DNA from: a virus
Direction: 5' to 3' (one strand)
IMG/VR virus record: IMGVR_UViG_3300002026_000072
Span: 1 to 64,000 of that record
DNA length: 64,000 nucleotides
The position numbers and the translations under genes are program-made. The notes below the pieces were generated by a model. That model did not search any database. It was not told where the DNA came from and was given only the letters and a program-made list of their open reading frames with translations. Shown here in pieces: positions 19,747-28,197 of the stretch. Each line of letters begins with the position of its first letter. Positions within the stretch are counted from its first letter, which is position 1.

Positions 19747-19760
19747 GATCTACGTTCGAT
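19747..19760. promoter_or_regulatory. degenerate palindrome motif copy (gatctacgttcgat)
   Basis: Both half-sites are present but the centre is 2 nt. Confidence 0.3.
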
Positions 19761-19806
19761 GGGCATCAGAACGTGTTCGATTGGTGTGCGATGTCATAAA
19801 GATCGG

Positions 19807-20040
19807 TCATAGGTTCTTCGGGTCGTAGTCGATCTCCTGGAAGCAAGAGCCCTCGTTGCTTTCAGTGCACAAGGGAGTGTTGCGAAAGCTGACCCATACC
19901 CAGGCGTGGACGTAGGCGCCATTCTCTTCGGTCGTGGAGATCGCTGCGCTGTCGTCTATCTCGACCTCACCTTCGCGCATATACCGCTGCCGAGCGAGCT
20001 CGATGACAGCTTTGCGCCATCTTTTCTCTGCGGGCTTCAT
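19807..20040 (-). CDS. hypothetical protein (77 aa)
   Basis: Internal ATG (MKPAEKRW...) 4 nt after the stop of the upstream gene. The longer ORF would overlap 20045-20323. Confidence 0.6.
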   Translation of the reverse strand: MKPAEKRWRKAVIELARQRYMREGEVEIDDSAAISTTEENGAYVHAWVWVSFRNTPLCTESNEGSCFQEIDYDPKNL

Positions 20041-20044
20041 ACCC

Positions 20045-20323
20045 TTATCCTTCAGCCGAGTCGATCTCGTCCTCGTAATCCACCTCGCCGTCCTCGCCCA
20101 CTGCGTAGACCGTGGTGTTCGTCGGACGCTTCCAGTCGACGATGTCCATGCCATCTGAGTTAAGCGAGACCTCCCGCCACTGCTCCTCGCCCTTGAGCTG
20201 GAAGTGGAGGCAGTCCCACTTGATGTACCAGCCGATGACGTCGTCCCAGGTCTTGTCGTCAGGCAGGGTGACGCGGGCTTCGGTGCCGGCGTAGTAGGTC
20301 GTGGTGATGAGGTAGGTGGTCAT
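20045..20323 (-). CDS. hypothetical protein (92 aa)
   Basis: ATGA-type overlap with the upstream gene. Confidence 0.65.
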   Translation of the reverse strand: MTTYLITTTYYAGTEARVTLPDDKTWDDVIGWYIKWDCLHFQLKGEEQWREVSLNSDGMDIVDWKRPTNTTVYAVGEDGEVDYEDEIDSAEG

Positions 20324-20781
20324 GTTGGTTCCTTGACTTCGTACCCATGAGCGCGCAGCAGTTTCGCCGCGCGTCTGAGTTCGGCTTGGCTGACGACCTT
20401 GATCGGCTTGATCAACGGCGGTGCTTTGATGAATGCCCGGACTTCGTTCACGTGCTCAAGGCGCCACTTGGACGACCAGTACTCTTTGAACGCAGGCACC
20501 TTGACCTGCCCTCGCCAAAATGACAACTTGTCGTCGTCGGCAAAAACCTGAAGCGATTCGACATCGGTGTAATCGGATTCAAACAGAGCACGCACGCACG
20601 GCGGGCTCAAACCATCCCACCAGTACCGTTTGGTTTTGCCCGCGCGTACAAATGCGAGGCGTCTCCTATAGAGCTGTGTGGCTCGTTCTTCGCTTACTCC
20701 GAGTGCTTGGGCCACTTCGCCCGCGCTCTTGCCGCGAGACCAGAGCTCGTAGGCTATCTTGGCCTGCGTTGAAACTCTCAT
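20320..20781 (-). CDS. HTH DNA-binding protein (153 aa)
   Basis: N-terminal KSAGEVAQALGVSEERATQLYRR helix-turn-helix. Confidence 0.65.
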   Translation of the reverse strand: MRVSTQAKIAYELWSRGKSAGEVAQALGVSEERATQLYRRRLAFVRAGKTKRYWWDGLSPPCVRALFESDYTDVESLQVFADDDKLSFWRGQVKVPAFKEYWSSKWRLEHVNEVRAFIKAPPLIKPIKVVSQAELRRAAKLLRAHGYEVKEPT

Positions 20782-21095
20782 AGCGCCAAGGTCTCCAGGT
20801 AGTTGCGGATCTTCCTGAGCAATATGTGCTGTGCGCTCTTGCTGGTCGACTCGCGCATGAGAGCGGACGCTGCGTCATGTAGAAGATCAACGGGTGTACC
20901 GTCGATGCCGCGCCACTGAAGGTCTTGCTGTGTAGCCCAGCCATATTGGGCTCTGGCATCTTCCGCCGAGAACCGAACCCTATGCCAGTGCATATCGTCC
21001 CAATAGGCGAAGCAGATGCCGTCACTGAACAGCACCTGATAGACGCCGTGGCGACTGGGCTTCATGTCGGGCGGGAACCATGGAGTGAGCTTCAT
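20778..21095 (-). CDS. hypothetical protein (105 aa)
   Basis: The ATG shares its A with the integrase TGA (TGATG). The upstream part of the 181-aa ORF lies inside int. Confidence 0.6.
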   Translation of the reverse strand: MKLTPWFPPDMKPSRHGVYQVLFSDGICFAYWDDMHWHRVRFSAEDARAQYGWATQQDLQWRGIDGTPVDLLHDAASALMRESTSKSAQHILLRKIRNYLETLAL

Positions 21096-22084
21096 CACTT
21101 CCCCTTCATCGCGTTGTCCGCGTACCCCGCCAAGTAGCCCGGCGAGTGGTGGGCGTAGTGCTTGGTGATCACACGCAGGTCTGCCCATCCGCCAAGTTTT
21201 TGGAGGACGTCCAGGGGCGTGCCGTTTTGAACATGCCATGTGGCCCAGGTGTGCCGGAACCCGTGCCATGTGAATCCGACGTAACGCCCTGTTGCGTAGG
21301 ACCCAACGCCTGCGCGCACACACGCGGCCAGGAAAGCCGTTTTGATTTCCTTGATCGGCTTGCCGCGGAACGTAAACACGAACTCAGCGTGCTGACCTTG
21401 TACGGTCTTGAGAACATTGACGGCTCCTATCGAAAGCGGCACGGCGATAGCGTTGCCAGATTTGGTATCCTGTCCCTCGACCCAGACCAGCTTGCGGTCC
21501 AGGTCGACGCGGCTCCAGGTCAGCCCAAGCACGTTGGCCTGACGCAGCCCGGTCTCAATGGCGAAGGTCGCCATGGGCTGCATGTGGGCCGGCAGCTCAG
21601 CCTGCAGCTTCTTCCACTGCTCGTGGGTCAGCCACGTGCGGGGCTTGGGCCGCTTGTCCACGCGCGTCGCCAGCTTGGGCACCTCGCGCAGCCAGCCCTC
21701 AGCCTTGGCAGCATTCAGGATGGCCGCGATCATGGTGCGGTAGCGGGTGTAGGTGCCGGGCGTCTTGCAGAACGCCAGGGCCTTGTCCACCGCCTCGCGG
21801 GTCACTTGCGTGAGCAGCCGGTCAGGGAAGTGCCGAGCGAACTTGGCGAGGTTGAGCAGCTCGGACTCCGAGCGCTCCTGCAGGCCGCACCAGTGGATAA
21901 CGGCCTTGCCCCAGGTCAGCCCTTTGATAGCAGGCTCGGTCTTCCAGAGCTCTACCTTGACTTCGTCGTGGCGCCTTTGCGCTTCTGTGCGATCAGTTGT
22001 TCCAGATGAGCGACGTACCCGCTGCCCTTGGTGCGAGAGGTTGATCCACCAGACGCCGCTGCCGGCTTGTTTGTAGAGGGACAT
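21095..22084 (-). CDS. int: tyrosine site-specific integrase
   Basis: MSLYKQAGSGVWWI N-terminus, TGLRQ (box I Arg), HGFRHTWATW (HxxR) and LGGWADLRVITKHYAH (catalytic Tyr). Confidence 0.92.
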   Translation of the reverse strand: MSLYKQAGSGVWWINLSHQGQRVRRSSGTTDRTEAQRRHDEVKVELWKTEPAIKGLTWGKAVIHWCGLQERSESELLNLAKFARHFPDRLLTQVTREAVDKALAFCKTPGTYTRYRTMIAAILNAAKAEGWLREVPKLATRVDKRPKPRTWLTHEQWKKLQAELPAHMQPMATFAIETGLRQANVLGLTWSRVDLDRKLVWVEGQDTKSGNAIAVPLSIGAVNVLKTVQGQHAEFVFTFRGKPIKEIKTAFLAACVRAGVGSYATGRYVGFTWHGFRHTWATWHVQNGTPLDVLQKLGGWADLRVITKHYAHHSPGYLAGYADNAMKGK

Positions 22085-22245
22085 TCGTACTGGCTCCTCA
22101 AGTAAGCCAAGAGGTCTTCTTCAATGAAGACCCAGGACCGGCCCACCTTGGCGCCTGGAACCTGCTTCGTGCGGGCGCGTTCCTGCAGCGTGTTCTTGTG
22201 GACACGCAGCAGGGCCGCAGCCTCGACGAGATTCAGGCAGCGCAC
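21952..22245 (-). CDS. xis: excisionase or AlpA-like HTH protein
   Basis: LNLVEAAALLRVHKNTLQERARTKQVPGAKVGRSWVFIEEDLLAYL. Directly upstream of int, with its tail overlapping the int start. Confidence 0.6.
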   Translation of the reverse strand: MRCLNLVEAAALLRVHKNTLQERARTKQVPGAKVGRSWVFIEEDLLAYLRSQYECPSTNKPAAASGGSTSRTKGSGYVAHLEQLIAQKRKGATTKSR

Positions 22246-22712
22246 AGCTCATCGTCGAAGAGCGGGAGGGTGAGGTTGACGAAGCGCGTGTCGGGCTTGG
22301 GCTTCTTGACCTCGGGGATCAGGTCGGGCAGCGCGGCCAGAGCCTCAAGCGTGTACCACTTGCTCGGCTCGACTTGCTTGCCGTTCATGAAGCACTTGGG
22401 GTTCTCGATGCCGCAGCACTCGGCCTTGATGCCCAGCGCGGTCAGGTGCCGTGCGGTCATCTTGGTCGGCCAGTCTGCGAAGGTGAACTCCAGCTTGGCG
22501 ACCGAAACTGCACAACCCGAGATAGCTCGCGTCATGTTGCGAGCAACTTCATCGTCGTCGCGACGCACGGCGATCATGTTGCCCGCTAGCCAGTACACCC
22601 TGCCGTCCGTACGACAGTTGCCGCGCTTGCACGTCCTGCCCTGGTAGAACGCCCCAGCCACAGTCTTGGCAGTCTCAGGGGCATGGTTGCCCCAGCCTCC
22701 ACCCCAGCCCAT
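22233..22712 (-). CDS. hypothetical Cys-rich protein (159 aa)
   Basis: Full ORF with coding bias. Confidence 0.65.
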   Translation of the reverse strand: MGWGGGWGNHAPETAKTVAGAFYQGRTCKRGNCRTDGRVYWLAGNMIAVRRDDDEVARNMTRAISGCAVSVAKLEFTFADWPTKMTARHLTALGIKAECCGIENPKCFMNGKQVEPSKWYTLEALAALPDLIPEVKKPKPDTRFVNLTLPLFDDELCAA

Positions 22713-22714
22713 GA

Positions 22715-22936
22715 TCAGGTCTCAACGCGCCACGATCCATGCGCTGTGAGCGAGTTCATGTACTCGATGAGGGCGGTACGCGAGGTGGGCACTTCGACCT
22801 CAGTCGTTTCGATGCCCGCGACGCCTGACTTCTTCAGCCGTGTGCGGATCTTGGAGGCAGCAGCGGCGCTGGAAGCGTGCTCGACATAGATGCGGGAAGA
22901 GCCGGGGATGTGGCAGATGGTCTTGTAGAGGTTCAT
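22715..22936 (-). CDS. hypothetical protein (73 aa)
   Basis: ATG (MNLYKTICH...) coupled by ATGA to the stop of the upstream gene at 22933. Confidence 0.55.
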   Translation of the reverse strand: MNLYKTICHIPGSSRIYVEHASSAAAASKIRTRLKKSGVAGIETTEVEVPTSRTALIEYMNSLTAHGSWRVET

Positions 22937-23127
22937 GAGAGCTCCAGTTGGTTTATGGAAGTGGTCCACTTCCCATTGACATAGCGGCCCGCAGGGAAGC
23001 CGCGCAGAGGGGCCAGCGGCAGGGTTGTGAACCCTGTATCGCTGGTGAGTCGTACTCGTTCGTTGTTCAGAGGGCCGTCACGGAGAGTGACCAGCGTGCG
23101 GGTGACGCGGTAACGACGGCGGGTCAT
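22933..23127 (-). CDS. hypothetical protein (64 aa)
   Basis: Internal ATG (MTRRRYRV...) coupled to the stop at 23124. Confidence 0.5.
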   Translation of the reverse strand: MTRRRYRVTRTLVTLRDGPLNNERVRLTSDTGFTTLPLAPLRGFPAGRYVNGKWTTSINQLELS

Positions 23128-23540
23128 GGCTGGAGTGCGTCTTGAGCGAGCGCACGGATGTCGTCCAGGCGGTTCGTCAGATCGACGAAGTCGCCACGGT
23201 CCAGGTGCGAAGCGAAGTCCAGGGCGCCTTTCAGCGCATCCTCGTACTTCTTCAGCTTGAGCAGCAGCCCAGCCACATCGGCCGGGCGTGCTCCCTGCTT
23301 GGGAGCGAGGTGCCAGTCCAGATTGGTCAGGGCCTCGGTGTCGATGCCGGCGCAGGCGTTGCAGCACGCCACGATGCGCTCAACGTCCAGAGCTTCAGTG
23401 GCGATGCCGGCGCAGGCGTTGACGCAGGCAACGATGTGGGCGGCATCGGGCATGCTGGCAAGCTCAGCGACGATGCAGTTGTTAGCATCCCAGAGGCTAC
23501 CGCTGTCACTGGCTTGCCAAGGAGTTGGTGAGTGGCTCAT
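23124..23540 (-). CDS. hypothetical protein with an internal duplicated IVACxNACAGIxTEAL motif (138 aa)
   Basis: Two 18-aa repeats. Confidence 0.7.
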   Translation of the reverse strand: MSHSPTPWQASDSGSLWDANNCIVAELASMPDAAHIVACVNACAGIATEALDVERIVACCNACAGIDTEALTNLDWHLAPKQGARPADVAGLLLKLKKYEDALKGALDFASHLDRGDFVDLTNRLDDIRALAQDALQP

Positions 23541-23779
23541 GTCATGGACGCCTTCAGTTCATCAGAAGAGATCTGGTAATGATGCGTGGCGACTTCGAGT
23601 AATGTCTCCAGCGGAACCGCGTCAACGACGGCCGCGACAACGGCCAGATGAAGCAGGGCGTTTATCGTCACCAAGGAATCGGTCTCAGCAGAGCGCTTGA
23701 GCGCCTTAATGATCAGTTCCTGCATTGCGTTGATGCGGGCCTTGGATTCAGTGGAAGCGACTACGGGGCGGTTGTTCAC
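23537..23779 (-). CDS. hypothetical protein (80 aa)
   Basis: GTG start in a GTGA overlap with the upstream stop, preceded by ggaaagga. Confidence 0.5.
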   Translation of the reverse strand: MNNRPVVASTESKARINAMQELIIKALKRSAETDSLVTINALLHLAVVAAVVDAVPLETLLEVATHHYQISSDELKASMT

Positions 23780-24108
23780 GGTTGTCCATCCTTTCCGACC
23801 CAGCCCATCTGGGCCGGTGTTTCTTGGGCTTCGAGCCAAGGCTCGAATTGATCGAGGGCTTGCTTCAAGCCATCTTTGATGCGTTGAAAGTCCGTCAGTG
23901 CGATGAACTGGGTGTTGGCAGACATGGCGCTGACCGTGATCTGCGCTGCTTGCACCAGAGCACGGAGGTCGTGCTCGTAGGCCTCTGCAGGGCCGGTCTC
24001 GGCAGCGGCGTAGCAGGCGTCGAGGGCATTGGCTCCGGCCAGCAAGCACTCGTCGCACTTGGTCAAAACACTGCCGAGTGGTTTGGTGTACGTACAGGTG
24101 CAGGCCAT
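23776..24108 (-). CDS. hypothetical Cys-rich protein (110 aa)
   Basis: ATG (MACTCTYT...) preceded by ggagaggg, 2 nt after the upstream stop. Confidence 0.6.
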   Translation of the reverse strand: MACTCTYTKPLGSVLTKCDECLLAGANALDACYAAAETGPAEAYEHDLRALVQAAQITVSAMSANTQFIALTDFQRIKDGLKQALDQFEPWLEAQETPAQMGWVGKDGQP

Positions 24109-24110
24109 GA

Positions 24111-24341
24111 TCAAGCCCTCTCCACAGTCAGGATTGATCGAGCGGTCCAAGTCCCGTCGTTGTCGAGGATGAGCCTGATCTGCTCTTTGACAGCGTCGTG
24201 CTCCAGGATCAGCTCCATGGAATCTGCGCCGAGAGGGGAGACGGTGAGGTGAACGGGCGAGGCTTCGGTCACGAGCATGCCCAAGAAGCCCAAGAGGTCA
24301 TCCTGGTCGATGGCAAAAGCGGTTTGGAATTTCGTAGGCAT
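24111..24341 (-). CDS. hypothetical protein (76 aa)
   Basis: ATG (MPTKFQ...) 1 nt after the ligase stop. Confidence 0.6.
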   Translation of the reverse strand: MPTKFQTAFAIDQDDLLGFLGMLVTEASPVHLTVSPLGADSMELILEHDAVKEQIRLILDNDGTWTARSILTVERA

Positions 24342-24342
24342 G

Positions 24343-25209
24343 TCATGCTCCCGCAGGTCGCAGCCCGGTAAAGACAGGGTGTCTGGGTTTGTCCTTAACC
24401 CCGATGGGGAAGTACTTGTATCGAACGACCGTGCCGGTGCGCCAGGGTGCAGCACGGTCAGCAGCCGTGAACCCGCTGCCGATGTTGAACTCGACGCCGG
24501 TGGTCAGATCCCTGACCACCAGGGCACCCATGGTGCCCTTGCCCACGAGCCCGGCCTTGGCCGTGCTGCGCTTGGTGCGGCCCAGCTCGTTGGTCTGGGC
24601 CTCGTTGCCGTTGAACATCTCTTCCTCGATGCCGATGACCTCGGCCTCGCTGTCCTCGAAGCGCTTGAGCTTGAGCAAATACCCCTCCTTGGTCGTGCTG
24701 CGTCCGAATTTGTAAGGCGAGCGAGGGGCTCGAAGGATCAGGCCCTCGAAGCCCTTGTTCACCGCCTGTTCCTCGAAGGCATCGAGCTGCGATCTATCTT
24801 CGATCAGAGCCTGATCGAGCAGATCGACGGGCAGGCCGGTGAGCTTCTCGGTGATGCGCTGCAGCTCGTGCCAGCGCTGGCCGTAGTTGTAGGGCGCGTT
24901 CCACATGTCGAACACGTAGTAGCGCACCGGCGGTGTGCCCTCGTGACGCATGACGGCGCTGACCGTATCGCGGTAGACGGTCTCGCTCCAGGCATCGCCC
25001 AGGATCAGCTCTCCGTCGAATCCTTCGAGTAGCGGGCGGCTGAGGAGGTCGTAGAGGTAGCGGTTGGGGATGGGCTTGAGCGTGCGGCTGAGCAGCTTGC
25101 CGTTCACCACTGAAGCCCGGATGCCGTCCAGCTTGGGGCTGGCGAGCACCGGGTAGGTGAGGGTGTCGAGGTCGGCGTTACACGCCAACATGGGCTTGAA
25201 GTCACTCAC
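24343..25209 (-). CDS. ATP-dependent DNA ligase
   Basis: Motif I KLDGIR, FEGLILR, YLLKLK. 288 aa, typical of minimal phage ligases. Confidence 0.9.
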   Translation of the reverse strand: MSDFKPMLACNADLDTLTYPVLASPKLDGIRASVVNGKLLSRTLKPIPNRYLYDLLSRPLLEGFDGELILGDAWSETVYRDTVSAVMRHEGTPPVRYYVFDMWNAPYNYGQRWHELQRITEKLTGLPVDLLDQALIEDRSQLDAFEEQAVNKGFEGLILRAPRSPYKFGRSTTKEGYLLKLKRFEDSEAEVIGIEEEMFNGNEAQTNELGRTKRSTAKAGLVGKGTMGALVVRDLTTGVEFNIGSGFTAADRAAPWRTGTVVRYKYFPIGVKDKPRHPVFTGLRPAGA

Positions 25210-25445
25210 TGGAGGGTCCCCGTCTCTTGGTCCAACATGTGCCCATAGGCGCCGATGAATGCGGCTGTGGCAGTAAGGGCGTCCATACCGAGCGTCTGCG
25301 TCGCTGCGGCGGACAGGCGCAGCAGCGTGGCTGTAGCGATGCCGATGTCACGCTCGCCGTCGGCCTCCATGAATTGGATGACGCGTTGGCCGAGGGAAAT
25401 ACTGCGCGAAGTGAACTCGTCGAGAGTGAGTTCGGGTGTGCTCAT
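25206..25445 (-). CDS. hypothetical protein (79 aa)
   Basis: ATGA coupling at both ends. Confidence 0.6.
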   Translation of the reverse strand: MSTPELTLDEFTSRSISLGQRVIQFMEADGERDIGIATATLLRLSAAATQTLGMDALTATAAFIGAYGHMLDQETGTLQ

Positions 25446-25687
25446 TTCTTCCCTTTCTTGGGGGTTTTGATGTGGCTGGCGGCTATGCACTGAAGTGCGT
25501 GCCGATGAAAGGCCGAGCCATTGCGCGCCTGCCCAACGACGTACGTCCCTGCATGGATGTCGTTGGCGAAAGGCTTGGCGTTGGCTTGGATCATGAGATA
25601 AGGGTGGGCTGTGCCGTTGTTGATGACCGTGCCAAGACGCCATCCTTCGGCAGCAGCGCGCTCGATCATGGAAGGGTCCCAGTTCAT
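25442..25687 (-). CDS. hypothetical protein (81 aa)
   Basis: First gene after a motif-bearing gap. Confidence 0.65.
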   Translation of the reverse strand: MNWDPSMIERAAAEGWRLGTVINNGTAHPYLMIQANAKPFANDIHAGTYVVGQARNGSAFHRHALQCIAASHIKTPKKGKK

Positions 25688-25690
25688 ACG

Positions 25691-25703
25691 ATCTAAGTTC
25701 GAT
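25691..25703. promoter_or_regulatory. Palindrome motif copy (atctaagttcgat)
   Basis: Ends 3 nt from the 25687 start codon on the - strand. Confidence 0.6.
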
Positions 25704-25729
25704 TGCTGGCCCCGGCTATCGCCGGCACC

Positions 25730-26104
25730 TCAGCGTTGTTTGATGGTGATCGACCAGTCCTTCAACGTGATCGTGACCACGTTGTCTTCTTCACTGATCT
25801 CGATGTTGGGCTTGCTCAGGAGTGCAGCAACGGCTTGATCCATCGTGGGCTTGGGTGGGGCAGGGCGGTTCTTCCACACGTACATCCAGCGTGCGCGATT
25901 GTTGTCGCCCTTGGGTGCAGGGAGGCGCAGGACGAGGCCCTTGCGCCACAGGTTGCCCAGATAGTCAGAGACGCGGTTTACGCCACTGGCGTGCGCCTTG
26001 ACTCCAGGCAAGTCGAACAGCATGTTGCAGTCCATCGGTTCAGTTGCTTTTTTCAGTTCGGTCTCCAGAGCGCCGAACAAACCATCTTCGGGTCTGATGC
26101 CCAT
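25730..26104 (-). CDS. hypothetical protein (124 aa), possible winged-helix
   Basis: ccaaggagacagacATG ribosome-binding site. Confidence 0.7.
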   Translation of the reverse strand: MGIRPEDGLFGALETELKKATEPMDCNMLFDLPGVKAHASGVNRVSDYLGNLWRKGLVLRLPAPKGDNNRARWMYVWKNRPAPPKPTMDQAVAALLSKPNIEISEEDNVVTITLKDWSITIKQR

Positions 26105-26131
26105 GTCTGTCTCCTTGGTTTGGTTAAAGGG

Positions 26132-26317
26132 CTATCGTCTGTACTCGATAGCGTCGGGGTCATATCCCCGGAGCTCTTTATACCGTTGAGCCGCTCTAGG
26201 GATCGGCCGACCTTGTTTAAGCCGACGAGCGAGGTAGAGTAGTAAGAGTGTCGTACTCGTAATGCGGTAAACGGCTGTGATGACACGAGCCGTGGTGAAG
26301 AGGGGCTGGAAATTCAC
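26132..26317 (-). CDS. small membrane protein (61 aa)
   Basis: GTG in a GTGA overlap with the upstream stop. One TM (ARVITAVYRITSTTLLLLYLA). Confidence 0.5.
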   Translation of the reverse strand: MNFQPLFTTARVITAVYRITSTTLLLLYLARRLKQGRPIPRAAQRYKELRGYDPDAIEYRR

Positions 26318-26718
26318 AAGCAGTGCTCCTTGATCGCCGCGGCGATGGACTGTCGGGTCTGGAGGTTGACCTTGAAGGTTTCGGTCTTCCATGCTGATGC
26401 CCATGCGTTGGGGTACTGCATGAGGACGCCGCCCTCTTTACAGCCGACGACGACCCAGACATTGCGTCCTTCCAGGTGCCGGCAGCGAAGCCACTCCCGC
26501 TGCAATGCGCTCAGGTCGATGGTTATTCTCGTCTCATCCCTTACGGGTAGCTTGATGAACTTCCACTCGATCCAGAGATCCGCTTTCGAGCCGCTGAGCC
26601 ACGTGTCTGCCGTCCCGCCCCGGTAGGGGTTGGACATCTTCTCGCGGTGGAGCTGGCTCTCGGGTGGTAGGTGGCGGATGACCGACTGGTAGAACGTGGT
26701 CTCAGGCTTAGCGCTCAA
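26314..26718 (-). CDS. PD-(D/E)xK-type nuclease candidate (VRR-NUC or resolvase-like)
   Basis: DLWIEWK motif (D...ExK). I prefer the TTG at 26718 (GGAG 8 nt upstream) over the ATG at 26799, which has no SD and overlaps the upstream gene by 92 nt. Confidence 0.55.
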   Translation of the reverse strand: MSAKPETTFYQSVIRHLPPESQLHREKMSNPYRGGTADTWLSGSKADLWIEWKFIKLPVRDETRITIDLSALQREWLRCRHLEGRNVWVVVGCKEGGVLMQYPNAWASAWKTETFKVNLQTRQSIAAAIKEHCL

Positions 26719-26986
26719 GACCAGTCTCCAGCCGGTCGGCCACCAGCTTGGCGTAGCCGGCGATGTCGATCCAGGAATCGGCGTAGTCGGCGTCCCCATT
26801 CACGATGCGGCCGATCTTGTGGCACACCATGTCCAGCGCCTCCTGCTGGTCAGGTGCCAAGTCCTTTCGCCGCTGGGCGAGGTGCGTACCGATCACGTTC
26901 TTCAGATCCTGCGTGACCGCTGCGTGGCCGGTGAAGGCCCCGTAGCGGTTGCCGCGTTCGCTCAGAGTGGCGGCGAGGTCGTTCAT
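26708..26986 (-). CDS. hypothetical protein (92 aa), conserved phage helical family
   Basis: MNDLAATLSERGNRYG...MVCHKIGRIVNGDADYADSWIDIAGYAKL. ATGA coupling to the exonuclease stop. Confidence 0.65.
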   Translation of the reverse strand: MNDLAATLSERGNRYGAFTGHAAVTQDLKNVIGTHLAQRRKDLAPDQQEALDMVCHKIGRIVNGDADYADSWIDIAGYAKLVADRLETGLER

Positions 26987-27522
26987 GTCGTCACCTTGCC
27001 TATCAGCGCAGCGTGGATCGCCTGCACGTGCCGGGCCTGGGCCACTGCGTCGTGGAGCGCGTTGTGCGCCACAGCTGCCTCTGGTTTGGCGACCTGTTTG
27101 GCGATCGGTAGGCTGCGGTACGTGCGCACGCAGCGGCTGTTCCAGAACTCCCACGGTACTTCCATGCCGTGCGCGGTGAACGCGTGGGCCAGCATGGGGA
27201 GGTCGAAGTCTGCGCCGTTGCTCCAGGGGCAGCGCTTGTTGTGGCCCAGCCAGTCTATGAGCGAGATCAGAGCAGACTCAAGAGTCTGCTTGGGCTCGAC
27301 GAAAACCTGCTGTGCCTCTTTAATTTGTGCCATCCACCAGATGAGGGTGGACTCGCTGATCACTCGCCCTTCGGCGATCTGATCGTCTATGGACAGCGAG
27401 GCGTAGAACCCGTCGTTGTCGATCTTGTTGTTTTCCAGGTCAAATTTGACCGCTCCGATGCTGAGGATGACGGCGTTGGCAGTTGTTGCCATCGTCTCGA
27501 GATCGAACATCACGTGTTTCAT
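26983..27522 (-). CDS. DEDDh 3'-5' exonuclease
   Basis: MFDLETM (Exo I), NGADFDLPML (Exo II), HNALHDAVAQA (Exo III). Internal ATG chosen (MKHVMFDLE). Confidence 0.85.
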   Translation of the reverse strand: MKHVMFDLETMATTANAVILSIGAVKFDLENNKIDNDGFYASLSIDDQIAEGRVISESTLIWWMAQIKEAQQVFVEPKQTLESALISLIDWLGHNKRCPWSNGADFDLPMLAHAFTAHGMEVPWEFWNSRCVRTYRSLPIAKQVAKPEAAVAHNALHDAVAQARHVQAIHAALIGKVTT

Positions 27523-27617
27523 GTAGCCCCTCGATCCAGGTTGGTAAACGGCTCGTGAGCGGGGAGCAGTACGGCCCACACTGATCTCCCGCTACGAGTC
27601 CTGTTGCCGCGTGCCGG

Positions 27618-27980
27618 TTAGGCTTCGACGGCTTCGCCCTTCTTGGCCTTGGGAGCCGGGGCAGTCTCGGCGCCTTCGAGTGCCTGCAGCTTGGCGGTGA
27701 TCTTCGCCGTAGCGGTGGTAGCGCCGCCGCTCAGCTTCGACTGTTCCTTACGGACGCTGTCGAAGGTCTTGAGGCTGGCCTTGACCGCCACGGCGTGCGC
27801 CTTGGTGGCGTCGGCCAGAGCCTTGTCGGCCGCCTTGGCGTTCGCCAAGTGGGCCTTCTCGGCTTCCTTGATGGCCCTGTCAGCCGACTTCACAGTCAAG
27901 TTGTGGGTGCCGAGTTCCTGTTTGAGGACGGCCTTGGCCGAGCGCAGTTCACCGGGGGTCATGGTTTTAGAGCGTGCCAT
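27618..27980 (-). CDS. Lys/Ala-rich coiled-coil protein (120 aa)
   Basis: caaggagagattcaATG ribosome-binding site. Confidence 0.65.
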   Translation of the reverse strand: MARSKTMTPGELRSAKAVLKQELGTHNLTVKSADRAIKEAEKAHLANAKAADKALADATKAHAVAVKASLKTFDSVRKEQSKLSGGATTATAKITAKLQALEGAETAPAPKAKKGEAVEA

Positions 27981-28194
27981 TGAATCTCTCCTTGAGGTAG
28001 GCAACGTAGGACAATTCGCGCAGTCTCACTGCGCGGGAAATCAGCCGGTTGATGACCGACTGGCGGCGAAGGCTCGATGCCTCAAGTTCGAGGCACGCGA
28101 GCACTTCGTCTTCGGTGAGTTCTTCGAGAGTCGTAGTTAGAGCCAGGAAAGAATCCAGGGCTTGTACTACGAGTTCTCGACGAACGGTTGACAT
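27967..28194 (-). CDS. hypothetical protein (75 aa)
   Basis: Compact ORF between two supported genes. Confidence 0.6.
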   Translation of the reverse strand: MSTVRRELVVQALDSFLALTTTLEELTEDEVLACLELEASSLRRQSVINRLISRAVRLRELSYVAYLKERFNGTL

Positions 28195-28197
28195 GGG

